From positions 1-51,793 of IMG/VR virus record IMGVR_UViG_3300000756_000016: a stretch of 51,793 nt of DNA, one strand, 5' to 3'. This document shows positions 6,137-20,000 of the stretch, in pieces. Source of the stretch: a virus (lineage: Duplodnaviria > Caudoviricetes). The position numbers and the translations under genes were made by a program. Numbering within the stretch: position 1 is the first letter of the stretch; the number at the start of each line of letters is the position of its first letter. Under the pieces are notes generated by a model, which worked only from the letters and a program-made list of their open reading frames with translations, was not told the DNA's origin and made no database searches.

Positions 6137-8025
6137 TGGCCCTCACACAGTTTACAAATTTAGACTACGAACAGATAAAGAAATCTATTAAGGATTACCT
6201 GAGGGCAAGTAGCAACTTCAGTGACTATGATTTTGAGGGTTCAAACTTTTCAATTCTTGTAGATGTTCTTGCCTACAATACCTACATTACAGCCTACAAC
6301 ACAAATGCTGTTGTAAATGAGGTGTTTCTAGACAGTGCAATTCTTCGGGAGAATGTAGTTTCTCTCGCAAGAAATATTGGATACGTTCCAAAGTCTGTAA
6401 AGGCATCGAGAATGATTGTTACGATCAATGTCATTCTTCCAGACAATGTAAATCCTCCTACGATTAAGTTAAAGGCTGGGTTAGTTGCAACTGCAACTAC
6501 AAATGATGTAAGTTATGTCTTTTCAATTCCCGAAGACATTACCACAAATGTTGTGAATGGTGTCGCATCATTTAGCAATATCACCCTCTATGAGGGTTCC
6601 TATGCAATGTCAGCCTTTACAGTTGATACCACACAATCTAGTCAAAATTATATTATTGAAAATTCTGGAGTAGATATAAACACACTTTCAGTTCGTGTTA
6701 GACCAACAGTTCAAGACTATTCCTATGACATCTATAAGAGAGTAGATACTATAGTGGGAATTACAACCACATCCAACAACTATCTGGTTCAGGAGGTTTC
6801 TGGAGAAAAATATCAGATTATATTTGGTGACGGAATCATTAGTAAGAAGCTGGAAAATAATAACTATATCGAAGCATCATATGTAATCACAAATGGTGTT
6901 AATGGTAATGGTGTAAAGACTGCATCATTTAATGGTATTATTGTAGATAATCTAGAAACAATACTTACTGGTTCTACTGCATCAATGTCGATTATATCTG
7001 GATCTAAGGATGGTGCAGATATTGAATCTATCAATTCCATCAAGTACTATGCTCCGAGAAAGTATGCAGCTCAGAGTAGAGCAGTTTCCTCTCAAGACTA
7101 TGAGACCATTATATCAGAAATATACCCAAATACTGAATCTGTTGTAGCCTATGGTGGTGAGGAGCTATCTCCCCCACAGTATGGTAAGGTCTTTATTGTA
7201 ATTAAGCCAAAGAGTGGTGATACTCTTTCTCAGTTTACAAAGGATACTATTTTAAATCAACTAAAGGCATATTCAATTGCAGGTATTGTTCCTCAGATCA
7301 TTGATATGCTATATCTGTATGTTGAGTTAAATTCTTCGATATACTACAATCCGGCACTTACTACAGATCCAGATGCACTAAAGACTAACATTATTGACTG
7401 TTTGAATGCCTATGTTACAGATTCTGAGGCAAATGGTTTTGGTGGACGTATCAAATATAGTAAGATCGTCGGTTTAATTGACAATGTAAGCAATGCGGTG
7501 ACCTCAAATATTACCAAAATTAAGATGAGAAGAAATCTTAATGTGGTGGCCGGAAAGGCAGCTCAATATGAAATTTGCTTTGGTAATCGTTTTCATAAAA
7601 AACTAGAGGGATATTCGATCAAGTCTTCAGGATTTAAAATTAGCAACAATACTGAAACATTCTACCTTGGTGATATTCCAAGTACAACAAATATGAATAT
7701 GGGAACTATTGTATTCTTTACACTAGATGCCCAAAATAATCCAGTGATTTCAAAAAATAATGCAGGAACTATCGATTATCTTGTTGGTGAAATTCGTATA
7801 GATAGTGTAATTATAGCCTCAACAATTCTAAATGATAATATCATTGAAGTTGAAGCAATACCTGAATCAAATGATGTAATCGGACTTAAGGACTTATACT
7901 TAAAGGTAGATATTTCAAAGAGTTCATTTGAAATGATTAATGATACGATTACATCTGGGGCCAATCTATCAGGAACCCAATTTGTCACCACATCAAGTTA
8001 TCCAAACGGTAAGTATACTCGTTAA
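6136..8025 (+). CDS. g6: Baseplate wedge subunit gp6
   Basis: LDYEQIK..., FSDYDFEGS, LAYNT, EVFLDSA..RENVVSLAR, FGDG, QSRAV...DY, YGGEE..PPQYGKV. Confidence 0.92.
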   Translation: MALTQFTNLDYEQIKKSIKDYLRASSNFSDYDFEGSNFSILVDVLAYNTYITAYNTNAVVNEVFLDSAILRENVVSLARNIGYVPKSVKASRMIVTINVILPDNVNPPTIKLKAGLVATATTNDVSYVFSIPEDITTNVVNGVASFSNITLYEGSYAMSAFTVDTTQSSQNYIIENSGVDINTLSVRVRPTVQDYSYDIYKRVDTIVGITTTSNNYLVQEVSGEKYQIIFGDGIISKKLENNNYIEASYVITNGVNGNGVKTASFNGIIVDNLETILTGSTASMSIISGSKDGADIESINSIKYYAPRKYAAQSRAVSSQDYETIISEIYPNTESVVAYGGEELSPPQYGKVFIVIKPKSGDTLSQFTKDTILNQLKAYSIAGIVPQIIDMLYLYVELNSSIYYNPALTTDPDALKTNIIDCLNAYVTDSEANGFGGRIKYSKIVGLIDNVSNAVTSNITKIKMRRNLNVVAGKAAQYEICFGNRFHKKLEGYSIKSSGFKISNNTETFYLGDIPSTTNMNMGTIVFFTLDAQNNPVISKNNAGTIDYLVGEIRIDSVIIASTILNDNIIEVEAIPESNDVIGLKDLYLKVDISKSSFEMINDTITSGANLSGTQFVTTSSYPNGKYTR

Positions 8026-8030
8026 AAATA

Positions 8031-11000
8031 ATGCTAAACAAAGATCTTCAGCGTGTAAAAATTCATCAGGTAATAGAGTCGCAGTTACCGGCATTTGTAC
8101 TTGAAGAAAATCCACTCTTTGTAGAATTTCTAAAACAGTACTACATCTCTCAGGATAGTGAGGGATCTGTTGTAGATCTTTGTGAAAATATAGACAGATT
8201 CATAAATCTTGAAAATTTTGATGGAAACAGTTTTACTGAGACATATACTACCCTAGGTGCGGGTATTGAATACTATAATACCACCATACAGGTAGAATCT
8301 ACTGAATCCTGGCCAAAGACCTACGGTTTATTTAAGATTGATAATGAAATCATTACCTATACAAGTAAGGATAGTACTCACTTTTATGGATGTGTTCGAG
8401 GATTTAGTGGAATAGAATCTCTTCACAGCCAAACTAATCCAAATGAATTAGTATTTTCAGCTACTGAAGCTGATTCCCATCTAATTGGCGCAAGAGTACA
8501 TAATTTAAGTAATCTGGTCTTTGTTGAAATTTGGAGAAAGTTAAAGGAGCAGTTTTTACCGGGATTTCAAAAGTTAGAACTATATCCAGGAATTGATAAG
8601 GCTACCTTTCTATCAAAGTCAAATGATTTTTATAGAACAAAGGGATCCTCAGAATCCCTAAAAATACTCTTTAAGGTATTGTATGGTGAATCTGATCTGA
8701 AGGTAATTAAACCCTCAGAGTATTTAATTAGGCCTTCAGATGCTCAGTGGTCAGTTACAGATAATTTGATAGTTGAAGTTATCAGTGGAGATATTTCAAA
8801 GATTAATGGTCAACAGATTATACAACAAAACCCATATGCTTTGGGAAATGTATACATCTCCACACTTCTATCCGTAGGAGAAGTATCGTACTACGAAATA
8901 ACTCTAAGTAATGAATCTAAAGTTGGAACGTTTCGGGCATGTCCGTCTACCAGAGTCGTAAGTCCAGTAGCAGTAACCGATACTTCAATTACAGTAGACT
9001 CTACAATTGGGTTTGACTCTGTTGGAGAATTGCTAATTAATGATAATTATATCAAGTATAATGGTAAGTCAAGCACACAATTTTTTAATTGTGAGCCTGA
9101 AGAGGCTATTGACATATATTCTAGCGTATATCAAAATTATTTTATAGTTTCTTACGAAAACGGCGATATAAGTAAGCCAGTTTACATGAGAGCATCGTCA
9201 GTACTCACAAATACTGATGACATTTTAAATAAATCCCGCTATATGGTGGTTGGAGATGAAATTTCTGTTCGTACCTTAGGCGAAGATATTCAACCAAATC
9301 GTCATTTTTATAAAAATAGAACTGAAAATTGGTTTTATAATAATAATTATGAACTTGAATTGGTCAATTCCCCTGGAGGAATTACTATATCTACAAATCC
9401 AGCAACTATTAATACAAAAATACCTCATAATTTCAAGTTAAATGACTCTGTAACCCTCATTGATGTAGATGTATACGACACATTTACAAATCCACCAGTT
9501 ACTGGAAGAGTAACTCAAATTTTATCCGAAACTTCCTTCATTTTTGAATTTTTCTCGGGCAATCTTTATAGCAATTTAGAGTATATTGTTAGAAAAAACA
9601 TCAAATTTTACTCACTTTCTGGCGAAAACTACGTAACTGACATTCAAAATACATATATTGATAAAACTAGAGACCATATTTACGTAGCGTCTTCAAGTAT
9701 TCCATCATATATTACATCTGAAATTGAATATGAAAAGTATTTTGCAATTACTCAAGAAACTTCACTAATTACAACTGTAAATAAATTCGGTTCGGTCGTA
9801 AATCATAATTTTTATACCGGAGATAAGGTTTACTATAGCTATACAAGTGGAAATGTTGGTGTAAGTACTGGAGTTTATTTTGTAAAAAAAGTAAGCGATA
9901 CTAGTCTTCGTCTTGCATACAATTTACCTAAGATTTATCAGGGAGATTACATAATCTTCACTTCTGCGGGGATTAGCACATATTCTAATAGTTTAGTACT
10001 TGACGATTTAAAAAATAAGGAAATTACTGATCAAAAATTACTAAAGAGAGTATCAGTAACTCCCAAACTAAAGCAATCTAACTTCAGTCTCACTAAAACA
10101 AGTCTTCTAACTTCTGTTGGTATGTTATTAAATGGAACTGAAATTGTCTACTCAAAATCACTGGATAAAGTTTACTATGGTCAATTAACATCTATTGATG
10201 TCAATTCCGCTGGACGTGGATATGATGTGATCAATCCACCAAATGTGATAATTGATGATGCCAATGTTGGATATGGGGCTTCTGCAAGTGTTCACATTTC
10301 AGGATCATTGTCAGAGATACAACTTACAAATTCTGGGTATGATTATGTAAAGGCTCCGACCGTAAAAATTTATGGTGGAAATGGTAGAAATGCTACGGCT
10401 GAAGCCATTATGAAGGATGTTACTACCGCTATTAACTTTAGAGGTAGTTCTATTGGAGTAAATACCACTGCAAATACAATTGGATTCACCACATATCATA
10501 GTTTGAATACTGGTGAGGAGGTAATCTATAAATCATATACTAACACAGCTATTGGTGTTGGAACTATAGGATCTCCTGCAGCCGGAGAATCTGACACAAA
10601 GAGCTATTTAATTGATAGGGCACATTATTTTGTTGTTAAAATTGACGACTATACGGTAAAATTGACCAATACTCTAAAAGATGCTCTTGCGAACCAAAAT
10701 ATTATAAATTTAACTCAGGCGAGTGATGGCAATCACACCTTAATATCAACAAAACTTAGAAAAATTGTAGATAGAATTGTAGTTACAAATCCTGGAGAAG
10801 GTTATCAAAATAAAGTTGTAACAATTGCACCAATTTTATATCCACCAACTCAAATTGGAGCAAAAAATACAACCTTGGTGGGTATTAATACTCAGGAAAA
10901 TTACATTTATGCAAAAAATCATAACTTTGAGTCTGGAGACCTAGTTACATATTCATCTACAAATACTGCGATTTCTGGCCTTTCAACATCTCAGAGATAT

Positions 11001-14000
11001 TATATAATCAAACTCGATAACGATAAGTTCAGATTGGCCGCTGCAGGAATAGGAACTACATTATCAAACGAAAAATATTTAAACAATAACTACTCGAAAC
11101 TTTATAGCGCAGGATCTGGGAAACATGTATTTGCATTTCCACCTATTGTCCTAGAAATTACTGGAATTCCCAGATCTTCTGGTGTGAGTGGAATTTCTAC
11201 AGAAACTCCATCAGATCTAATATCATCTCAAGCTTCGGGAATTCCAATTGTTCTTGGGAGTGTTACAAATATATTTTTAGCTGAGGGAGGATTCAATTAT
11301 GGATCGCCAAATATATTAAACCATAACAGAACTCCAATTATAACTCTAGATAGTGGAAGTGGTGCTGTCTTAAGACCAATTATTGTAAATGGTGGCATCA
11401 GTGAAGTCTACATTGTAAAGCGAGGAACTGGATATGTTGCTCCTCCAAAATTAGTTGTTTCTGGAAGTGGATCTTATGCAGAACTCCTACCAATACTGAG
11501 AAATGGCGAAATTATCGCAGTAAAGGTTATCAATTCTGGAGAGGGTTACCTTAAGCAAACTACAGAAATTACTGTAGTTACAAAGGGATCTGGTGTTTCT
11601 TTAAATGCCAACTTACAAATTTGGCATGTTAATTTGTTTGAAAAGTATCGTTATGTAATTGAAGATCCCCTGTACAAATCAGACGCATTTACTATTTCAT
11701 CTTTCGATAAAAACATTAATACTGGTCAGCTAGTTTCACCAATTGTTCCAAGAAAGCTGAGATATGTACTTGGTGACAATATTGATGAAAATTTAAATAC
11801 AACATTAAATATAAGACATTCCCCAATTGTTGGTTGGGCATATGATGGAAATCCAATATATGGCAGTTATGGATCACCAAATTCTGAAAAATTAGAAAGT
11901 ATTAGAGAACTTAGAAGTAGTTATGTTCAGGTAGAAAAGCCAAATAGGCCTACATATACTCTAGGATTTTTTATTGAAGATTATGAATATACTGCAGGTG
12001 GAGATTTAGATGAATTTAATGGTAGATTCTGCGTAACACCAGAATTTCCTGAAGGAGTCTATGCATACTTCTCCACAAGAAATAACTATCCATATGTTCT
12101 TTATGATTTTGCTGGAGAAGTTGACTTATACAATTACGATTCAACTAAAAATCAAATTTCTGGTCTATTAGAATCTGGAGAGATTATAAGAAACTCTTCA
12201 CCATATAACATCAATGAGGAATATTCAGACTATAAGGGAATAAATCTAAACTACAGTAGAAATGCGAAGTCTTTAGTTAGAGCAATCTATAAGACTGGAG
12301 TAGATTCTATAGCGATACTATCTTCTGGTCAAAATTATAAGGTAGATGATAGAGTAGTATTTGATAACACCTTAACTGGTGGAAGGGGACTTGATGCAAA
12401 AATTTCAGAGGTTGTTGGTAGAGGAGTAAGTTTTGTAAATTACAATAGCTCATACTTAAATAACATTGAATTTGTAGAGAGTGGTGGATTAATTATTGGT
12501 ATATCTACAATTCCCCACAACTTAATCAATAATCAAATTGTCACAATTTCTGGAATTAATACTGCAGCGTATAAATTCATAGAAGGACCTCATACTGTTT
12601 CAGTAACTACGTCATTTACAAATTTACTAGTTGGCATTGGAACAAGTGGTGTAACTGGAATTACAACATTTTTAAAGATTTCTGAGCCACCTATAAGTGG
12701 AAGAATTAAGATTAATGATATTTTAAGAATTGATTCTGAGAAATTTTTAGTACTTAAGGCAGATACTTCTAAAAACAACTATAAGGTACTGAGAGGATAT
12801 GATTCCACTACCACTGGCGTTCATACTGCAAACTATACAGTAGAGCTTCTTCCTAGAACATTTACATTTGCGTCTCCATCAGGCATAAAAACTGATAGTA
12901 GTACAGAATTAAATACTTCTAAGTACTTCAATCCCCAGACTGATATTGGAGTTGGTATTAATACTACAGTTAACTATGTTGGATATGGATTTACTCATAC
13001 CATTATAGGAATTGAAACTTCTCTAGGTAGCTACACTAAGTTAAATTTCTATAGACATTCATTTAAAGTTGGTGATGTTGTAGAATTAAGTGGTGCCACA
13101 AATATAATAATACCACAAGCACAGGTTGTCTCCACAACTCCAACAAGTATCACAGTTAACTACGACAGTAGTTTAATTGTTGGTGCTGTTGGTGTTGGCA
13201 CTACAACTTTAGTGTCTCAGAAAAAATATAATAAGATCAATCCACAAAATATCCTTATTCCTGGACATGGTTATACTCACGGGCAGAGACTAAAATATTC
13301 AGCAATTTCTGGAATTGGTCTAACATGTTCAGTCAACTATTCACTATCTCCACAGTTTAACTTAATGTCCGGAGACATTGTATATGTTGTGAAGGAAGAT
13401 AATGATAATTTTGGCATTTCTACAACTTCAGTTGGTATTGGTAGTACTGCTGGAAAACTTTATTTTAAATATTTAAGCAGCTATAACGGAGAATCTCATA
13501 AATTTGACACAACTAACGATAACCCGGTTGGAGAAATAGTAGCACTTACTGGTACGTTAACTACATTTGATAATCATAACATATTAGTTGGTGATAAAAT
13601 TAACTTTAATATTACTCCAGATTTAACTGAAAATGTAACTTTAAAATTTGACGATTCCAGTGCAAGACTATTAGTCAATCCAGTTTCAATTGCATCAACA
13701 TATTTTTCAGTTCCAAGTGGAACTATTGTTACGCAAAGCCATAAATTCAAAACCGGAGATAAAATTGTATATAATTCAAATTCTCCGGCATCTCCACTAA
13801 TTTCTGGAGAAGAATATTTTGTAATTAAAATTGACAATAATTCTATAAGACTAGCAGAATACTACAATGATGCAGTTTCACTCAATTATAATGCCATAGG
13901 AATTACTACATATGGCTCAGGAACTCATACACTGTCTCCAATCAATCCCCCACTAAAATTTACTAGAGGAAATACTGTCAAGTTCAGCATTTCAGACGTT

Positions 14001-17000
14001 TCTTTGAAGAATTTAATTCTAGACCTTTATCTAGATTACTCATTTACATCAAAAATTGCACAAAATGATATTACCCGAGTGGGAAGCCCTGGAGACCAGA
14101 ACGCAAACACTGCGGTGTATTTGAAATTGAGTGACAATATTCCCGATGTACTATACTACAAGTTGGTTCCAGTTGGAATTAGCTCAATAATTAATAACGC
14201 AGGAGCATATAATGTCGATACAGATGTTCTGGGGTACTCTAGAATTGTAGTTGAAAAGAGCTACTATAATGCAGAGTATGACATTATCTCAGTTGGTAAT
14301 ACCACGCTATCATTCAATTTAAATAAAACTCCTGAGGCATCTAGCTATAACTTAAGTGGAGTCAGTACAACATTCTACTACACATCTTCGCCAACAGCTT
14401 TAGGGCCAATTTACAACATCTCAATCGGGTATACTGGAACTGGATATAGAACTTTACCTGGAATAACAACTATAACCACTGAAGATGGTTATGGTGCAAT
14501 TATTAGACCAGTATCTAATAGTATAGGGAGCATTAAGAATTTAGCAATATTAAATTCTGGATACGATTTTCCAACAGATCCAACGCTTCCACCTAAAGCA
14601 GATGTTCCATTTTCTCTTAAAATTTCAAATAACTATGAGTTGGATGAAATTGTAATCTCAAATAAGGGTAAAAACTACTTAGTTGCACCCAAATTCATAT
14701 GCCCACAGCATCCAGAACTACAATTTACTGCAACTCTAGAGGGAAATAATGTAAAATCAGTTTCAATTGATATCAATAAGAGTGGATTATCTGAAGTTGC
14801 TCCAGAAATTATATGTTTAAACAACTCAAATGGAGTTCAAATTACGAATGCCTATTCTAATTTAGGAGTAAATACCTTAGAAATTTCCCCGCAAAGTGGA
14901 GATTTTATTGAGTTTCCCTTCAAGGTTGGAGATCAAGTTTTTATTGAGGGTGTTGAACTACTAGAACCATCTACTACAGATACTGGTTACAATTCTACTG
15001 ACTATAACTATAGGGTATTTACTATTGATACCATAAACTCTACTGCAGGAGCAGAGTCTGTAAGCTACTCAATAGTTGGTTATGGAATAAGTGGTGGATA
15101 TTATGATCCGGACAACAGCGTTGGTAGAGTTATAAAGTATGATGATATATCTAAGGTTACTGCTACAATGAAGAAGAGCGATTTCATCGAAAATGAAATC
15201 ATCTACAATAACGGAGATATCTTTAGAGTTCAAAAATCCGGATGGAATAAAGAAAAAAATACATTAAAAATTTCCGGAAGTGAGACCTATCTGGAACTTG
15301 GAAGTATCGTTGTTGGCAAATTTTCAAATGCTAAAGCAACAATTGAGGAAATAACTACAACAGAATCAGCATATAAAATTGGAGGAGAAGTTAAGAAGGA
15401 AAATGGGTGGAGAACTAAGACCGGTTTTCTAAATGAAACCGATCAGAGAATGCATGACAGCAACTACTATCAGAGTTTTTCATATTCAGTAAATAGTAAA
15501 ATTTTAAAGAATACTTGGTCAGATTCAGTTGAATCTTTAGCTCACCCATCAGGATTTAAAGTTTTTGGAGACCTAATTGTAAACTCAACTCCAGAAGTTG
15601 GAATTGGTAGAAGTAATGATTTGCAAGTACGTGTTAATAACTTATCAGATTTACTTATCACAATTCAAAATACTTTAGCATTTGATACTAAACAAAATTT
15701 TGATACAAATTATGAAGTTACAACTTCAAATGGAATATCAAAAACTATAGGTTTCTTAACCAAGAAATTAATTGACTATACTATTTGTAAGACAAATAAG
15801 GTTCTAAAGATTGATGATATAAGCCCACAGTTTAATGGTACTAGTCGTCAAGAATTAGATGGAAGATATGTAGATGCATCAAATTTGATTACACTGAATC
15901 GTCAATTCATTCAAAATGAAGTTGTTGGATTTATAACTTCAACATATCCTGGAATTCTCACTAATCCAGATTATAATGAAACTATATGTAAGCGTGACGT
16001 TGGTTATGTTGTTGATGCAATTTCTAGAGATTTGAAGTATGGTGGTAATGTGAGTTCGGTTAATGCCGGAAAGTCATATTGGAACGCTGGGGTTTCATAT
16101 GTCTCAGGAGAATCAACGGAAACTATTGCTGGTTATCGTTATATTATAGAATTATCCAAGTACATTATCAACAATGTTGGCATAAGTACATCATATCAGG
16201 TTCCAGCATTTTCAGTTCCTCAAAAATATAATTTAACAATCGCATATGATGAAAATTGTAGTCAATCATCATATAACGAAAACTGCTGTTCAGATGTAAG
16301 ATCTGCAATTGGATCATATGTTGGCATTATTACAACAATTATTGGAATTGGAACAACCGCAGCACCAAATACAACATATCCAAATATTGCTCAGGGTGGT
16401 AATGTTGTTGGCATTTCATCATTCTTCATAAATTCTAAGGGTTCTAGACTAATATGTAAGTACTTTGTGGCGCAAAATTCATGTGCGGTTGGAAGTAGTA
16501 TTATAAATCTTCCAAATCATAACTTTAGTTCTGGAGAAGAGTTGGTATATGATCCAGGAACTGGAGGAACTCGAATAGCAATTGCTTCTACTGATAGAGT
16601 TAGAGGAGGAATTTCTACCAATTTCATGCCATCTACAGTATATGCATATAAAGTTGATAATAACAGAATAAAACTTGTTGGCATAAAAACTGATGCTGTA
16701 GCTAATGGATCATACTTTATTTTTAGAGATCTAGGTAGTGGTCAAGGAGTTGGATCGGGAATAACTCATAGCCTATCAGTTTCTCCAGAATTAGCAAATA
16801 CGAGATCTCTGATTACTATTGATAGTGTTATTCAAAGTCCACTCTATAAGAAGAAAATTTCTACTGCATTGGCATCTCCAATTGCAATTGGAGACACTAC
16901 AATTAAACTGACAGGTATAACTTCAATATCATCTAATCTCCTCCTAAAAGTAGATAATGAAATTATGAAAATTAACACTGTGGGATTTGGTTCCACAAAT

Positions 17001-20000
17001 GTTCTTACTATTGATCGTGGTTCTATGGGAAGTCCCATTGAGAGTCATTTAGTTGGTGCTGGGGTTACAGTTTTGGCAGGAGATTATAATATTAGTAAGG
17101 GAACCATTTACTTCAATACCCCACCATATGGAAAAGCTGGCCCTGCAGGAGTATCCACAAACTCTACATTTTCTGGTAGAATTTTCTATAGGTTTAATTA
17201 TGATAACACATATATCTTTGATGATATTTCAAATTCATTTAATGGTTCAAATAAAGAACATGAGTTATCATACTACGGAAAAGATGTTACAGGCATTGTA
17301 ACCAATCTTGGAAATAATGTAGTTGGCCCCAACTATGGCGTTATCCTAATTAACAATATTTTACAGAAGCCAGCCATAGACTATTCTATGACAGAAAGGG
17401 CTGCTATTGGAATTGGCGGATCCATAAAGTTTACTGGAGTAGATATTCTTTCTCTACCTAAGGGAGGCTTTATAAATGAAGTTAGTTGTGGTTTTGGATT
17501 TGGATATCAACCGCTAGTTAGAGCATTTGCAACTCCAGTTGTCTCAGGTTCTGGGACAATACAATCTTTAGTAATTCAAAATAGTGGATTTGGATATAGA
17601 AGTAATATGGGAGTTGAAGTTCTAACTAGTGTTGGAACTGGTGCATCTATTGTTGCTTTAGTTGGGTCTGGGTCCTCTGTAGGTATAATTACTGGATTTA
17701 ATATTATTTCTGGAGGATCTGGATATGCTTCAACAAATCCCCCAATAATTTCAGTAGGTGTTCCTACAGCATATTCAAACATGCGGCTCACCGGAGGTTC
17801 CGGAACTGGTGCAAAGATTGATGTAATTGTTGGAAGCGGTGGAAGTGTTACACAATTCCAAATTTCAAATAGGGGGTTAGGGTATAAACCAAATGACTTA
17901 TTAACACTTCAGGGTATTCCATTTGCTGTTGGTGTGGGAACTAGTTCATTCAATTTTAGAATTAGAGATATACTAAGTGATAAGTTTTCTGGATGGTCCT
18001 TTGGTAACTTGACAGCACTTGATGATATTTCAGACAATTTTAATGGAGTTGCAAAGTCCTTCCTATTAACAAAAACCGACATTATTACAGAACGATATAA
18101 TATTAGCGTTCTTCCAGGTTCCGATATTATTCCAGAAAATACCCTGATAATTATTCTAAATGATGTTCTACAAAGTCCTGGTGAAAATTATTCACTAATT
18201 GGTGGCGAAAGATTGGTATTTACAACACCACCACCACTTGGAAGTAAGTGTCTAATCTTCTTCTATAAGGCATCACCATTTGATATTGTTGATGTTGATA
18301 CTCTCAATCAAGTTAAGGTTGGTGATACTATAGCTTTAAATAAGAGGGATCAATTCGTAAGGCAGTTAGATAGAGTTGTAACATCAATTTTATCCATTGC
18401 TGAAGTAAAAACTACAAACTATATCGATATTGGCATTTCTACAGATCCAACATTCTACAGAACTTCAGATTTAACTAAGCAGAGATCAGATTTAATTATT
18501 AACAATGCTTATATTTCTAAGGCAAGATTGCAATTAGAGGGTAGAATTGCTCCCGCCTCAAGAATTATTAAAAATATTTCAGTAACTGATGTTGACGTAT
18601 ATGTAGAAAATGCATTTCCACTATTCAGAAATCTTGATAATTTAGAACAACTTAAAAATTCTGTAACTATTATCAATGATACTGATACTAGAGCAGCAAA
18701 GGTTAGCGCAGTTGTTTCTGCGGCTGGAACCATTACAGATTTTACAATAATAGATGGTGGTCAAAATTATTCATCTTCACCCACAATTACAATTTCAAGT
18801 ACAAAACCAATTTTACCACAGTATGGAAAAACTTGGGCCAATGGCGAAATTGAATTTGGCGTACAGCAATATAACAGCTTTGCCTTTGGTGAGGGGATAT
18901 ATGTTGCATGTAGAAATCTTGGAGGCATTTCAACTTCAATTAACTTTACTAGTTGGGATAATCCTACGTCAATAGCCGTGTATGATCTCAAATCGGTTTC
19001 ATATGGAAATGGTAGTTGGGTGGTGGTTGGATATGGCGGTACAATATTTACATCGACTACTTCAAACAATTGGCAATCAAATGCTACATTTTTATCAAGA
19101 ATTTATGTTGGAGGAATTATACCATTTGAGTATCCAGTTTCTTCATATACTGGGTCTTTGAATGGAGTAACTTTTGGAATGAATAAATTTATTGCTGTTG
19201 GTGCTGGAGGAAGTGCCTTAGTTTCAGATGCTACCTCAGGAGTATCAACTTCATGGATTGTTAGGGCTACTCCTTCAGCAACTGAATTAAACTCAGTTAC
19301 TGCAGGAACAGATAACTATGTTGCAGTTGGAAATAATGGATATATTACCAGATCTTCTGACGGATATGTTTGGCAATCTCAGGTTTCAAATACTTCCAAC
19401 AATTTAACATCTGTCAAATACCTCAATGACAAATTTTTTGCTGTTGGAGTTAATGGAACTCTTACAGTTTCAACTGATGGTGGAGGAAATTGGACAAATA
19501 CTTCCCCATCAGGTTATTCGTCATATAATTTCTTCGATATAACCTATAAGGATGGTGTGTATTTAATTTCTGGATCAAATCAGTTAGTTATCATATCTTC
19601 TGATGGACAAAATTGGATAAGAACTTCAAATTCAAATGCTGAGATTAGATTCTTAGGAACTGATAGATATAGAATTATTGGTGTGGGTGAAACTTCAAAA
19701 TATTCAGTTACTGACTCTGTTGTAGTTAAGGCAACTGCAACTACAACAGTCTCTGCTGCTGGAACTGTTCAGTCCATAACCGTAACAGAACCTGGATTTG
19801 GATATGATGAAACGGTTGGTGTGAATGTACTAATTTCTCCAGAGACTCTATTCTTTGAGCGTTTAGATAATGTAGGGGTTACGGGTGATTTTGGGGTTAT
19901 TGCGGGAATTGGCACAAGCGTATCTGGTATTTCAACTACTAGCCCAATGGTCATATTTAATCTCGATAGTGATAGTATTCTAAATCAAGCTACTTATGGC

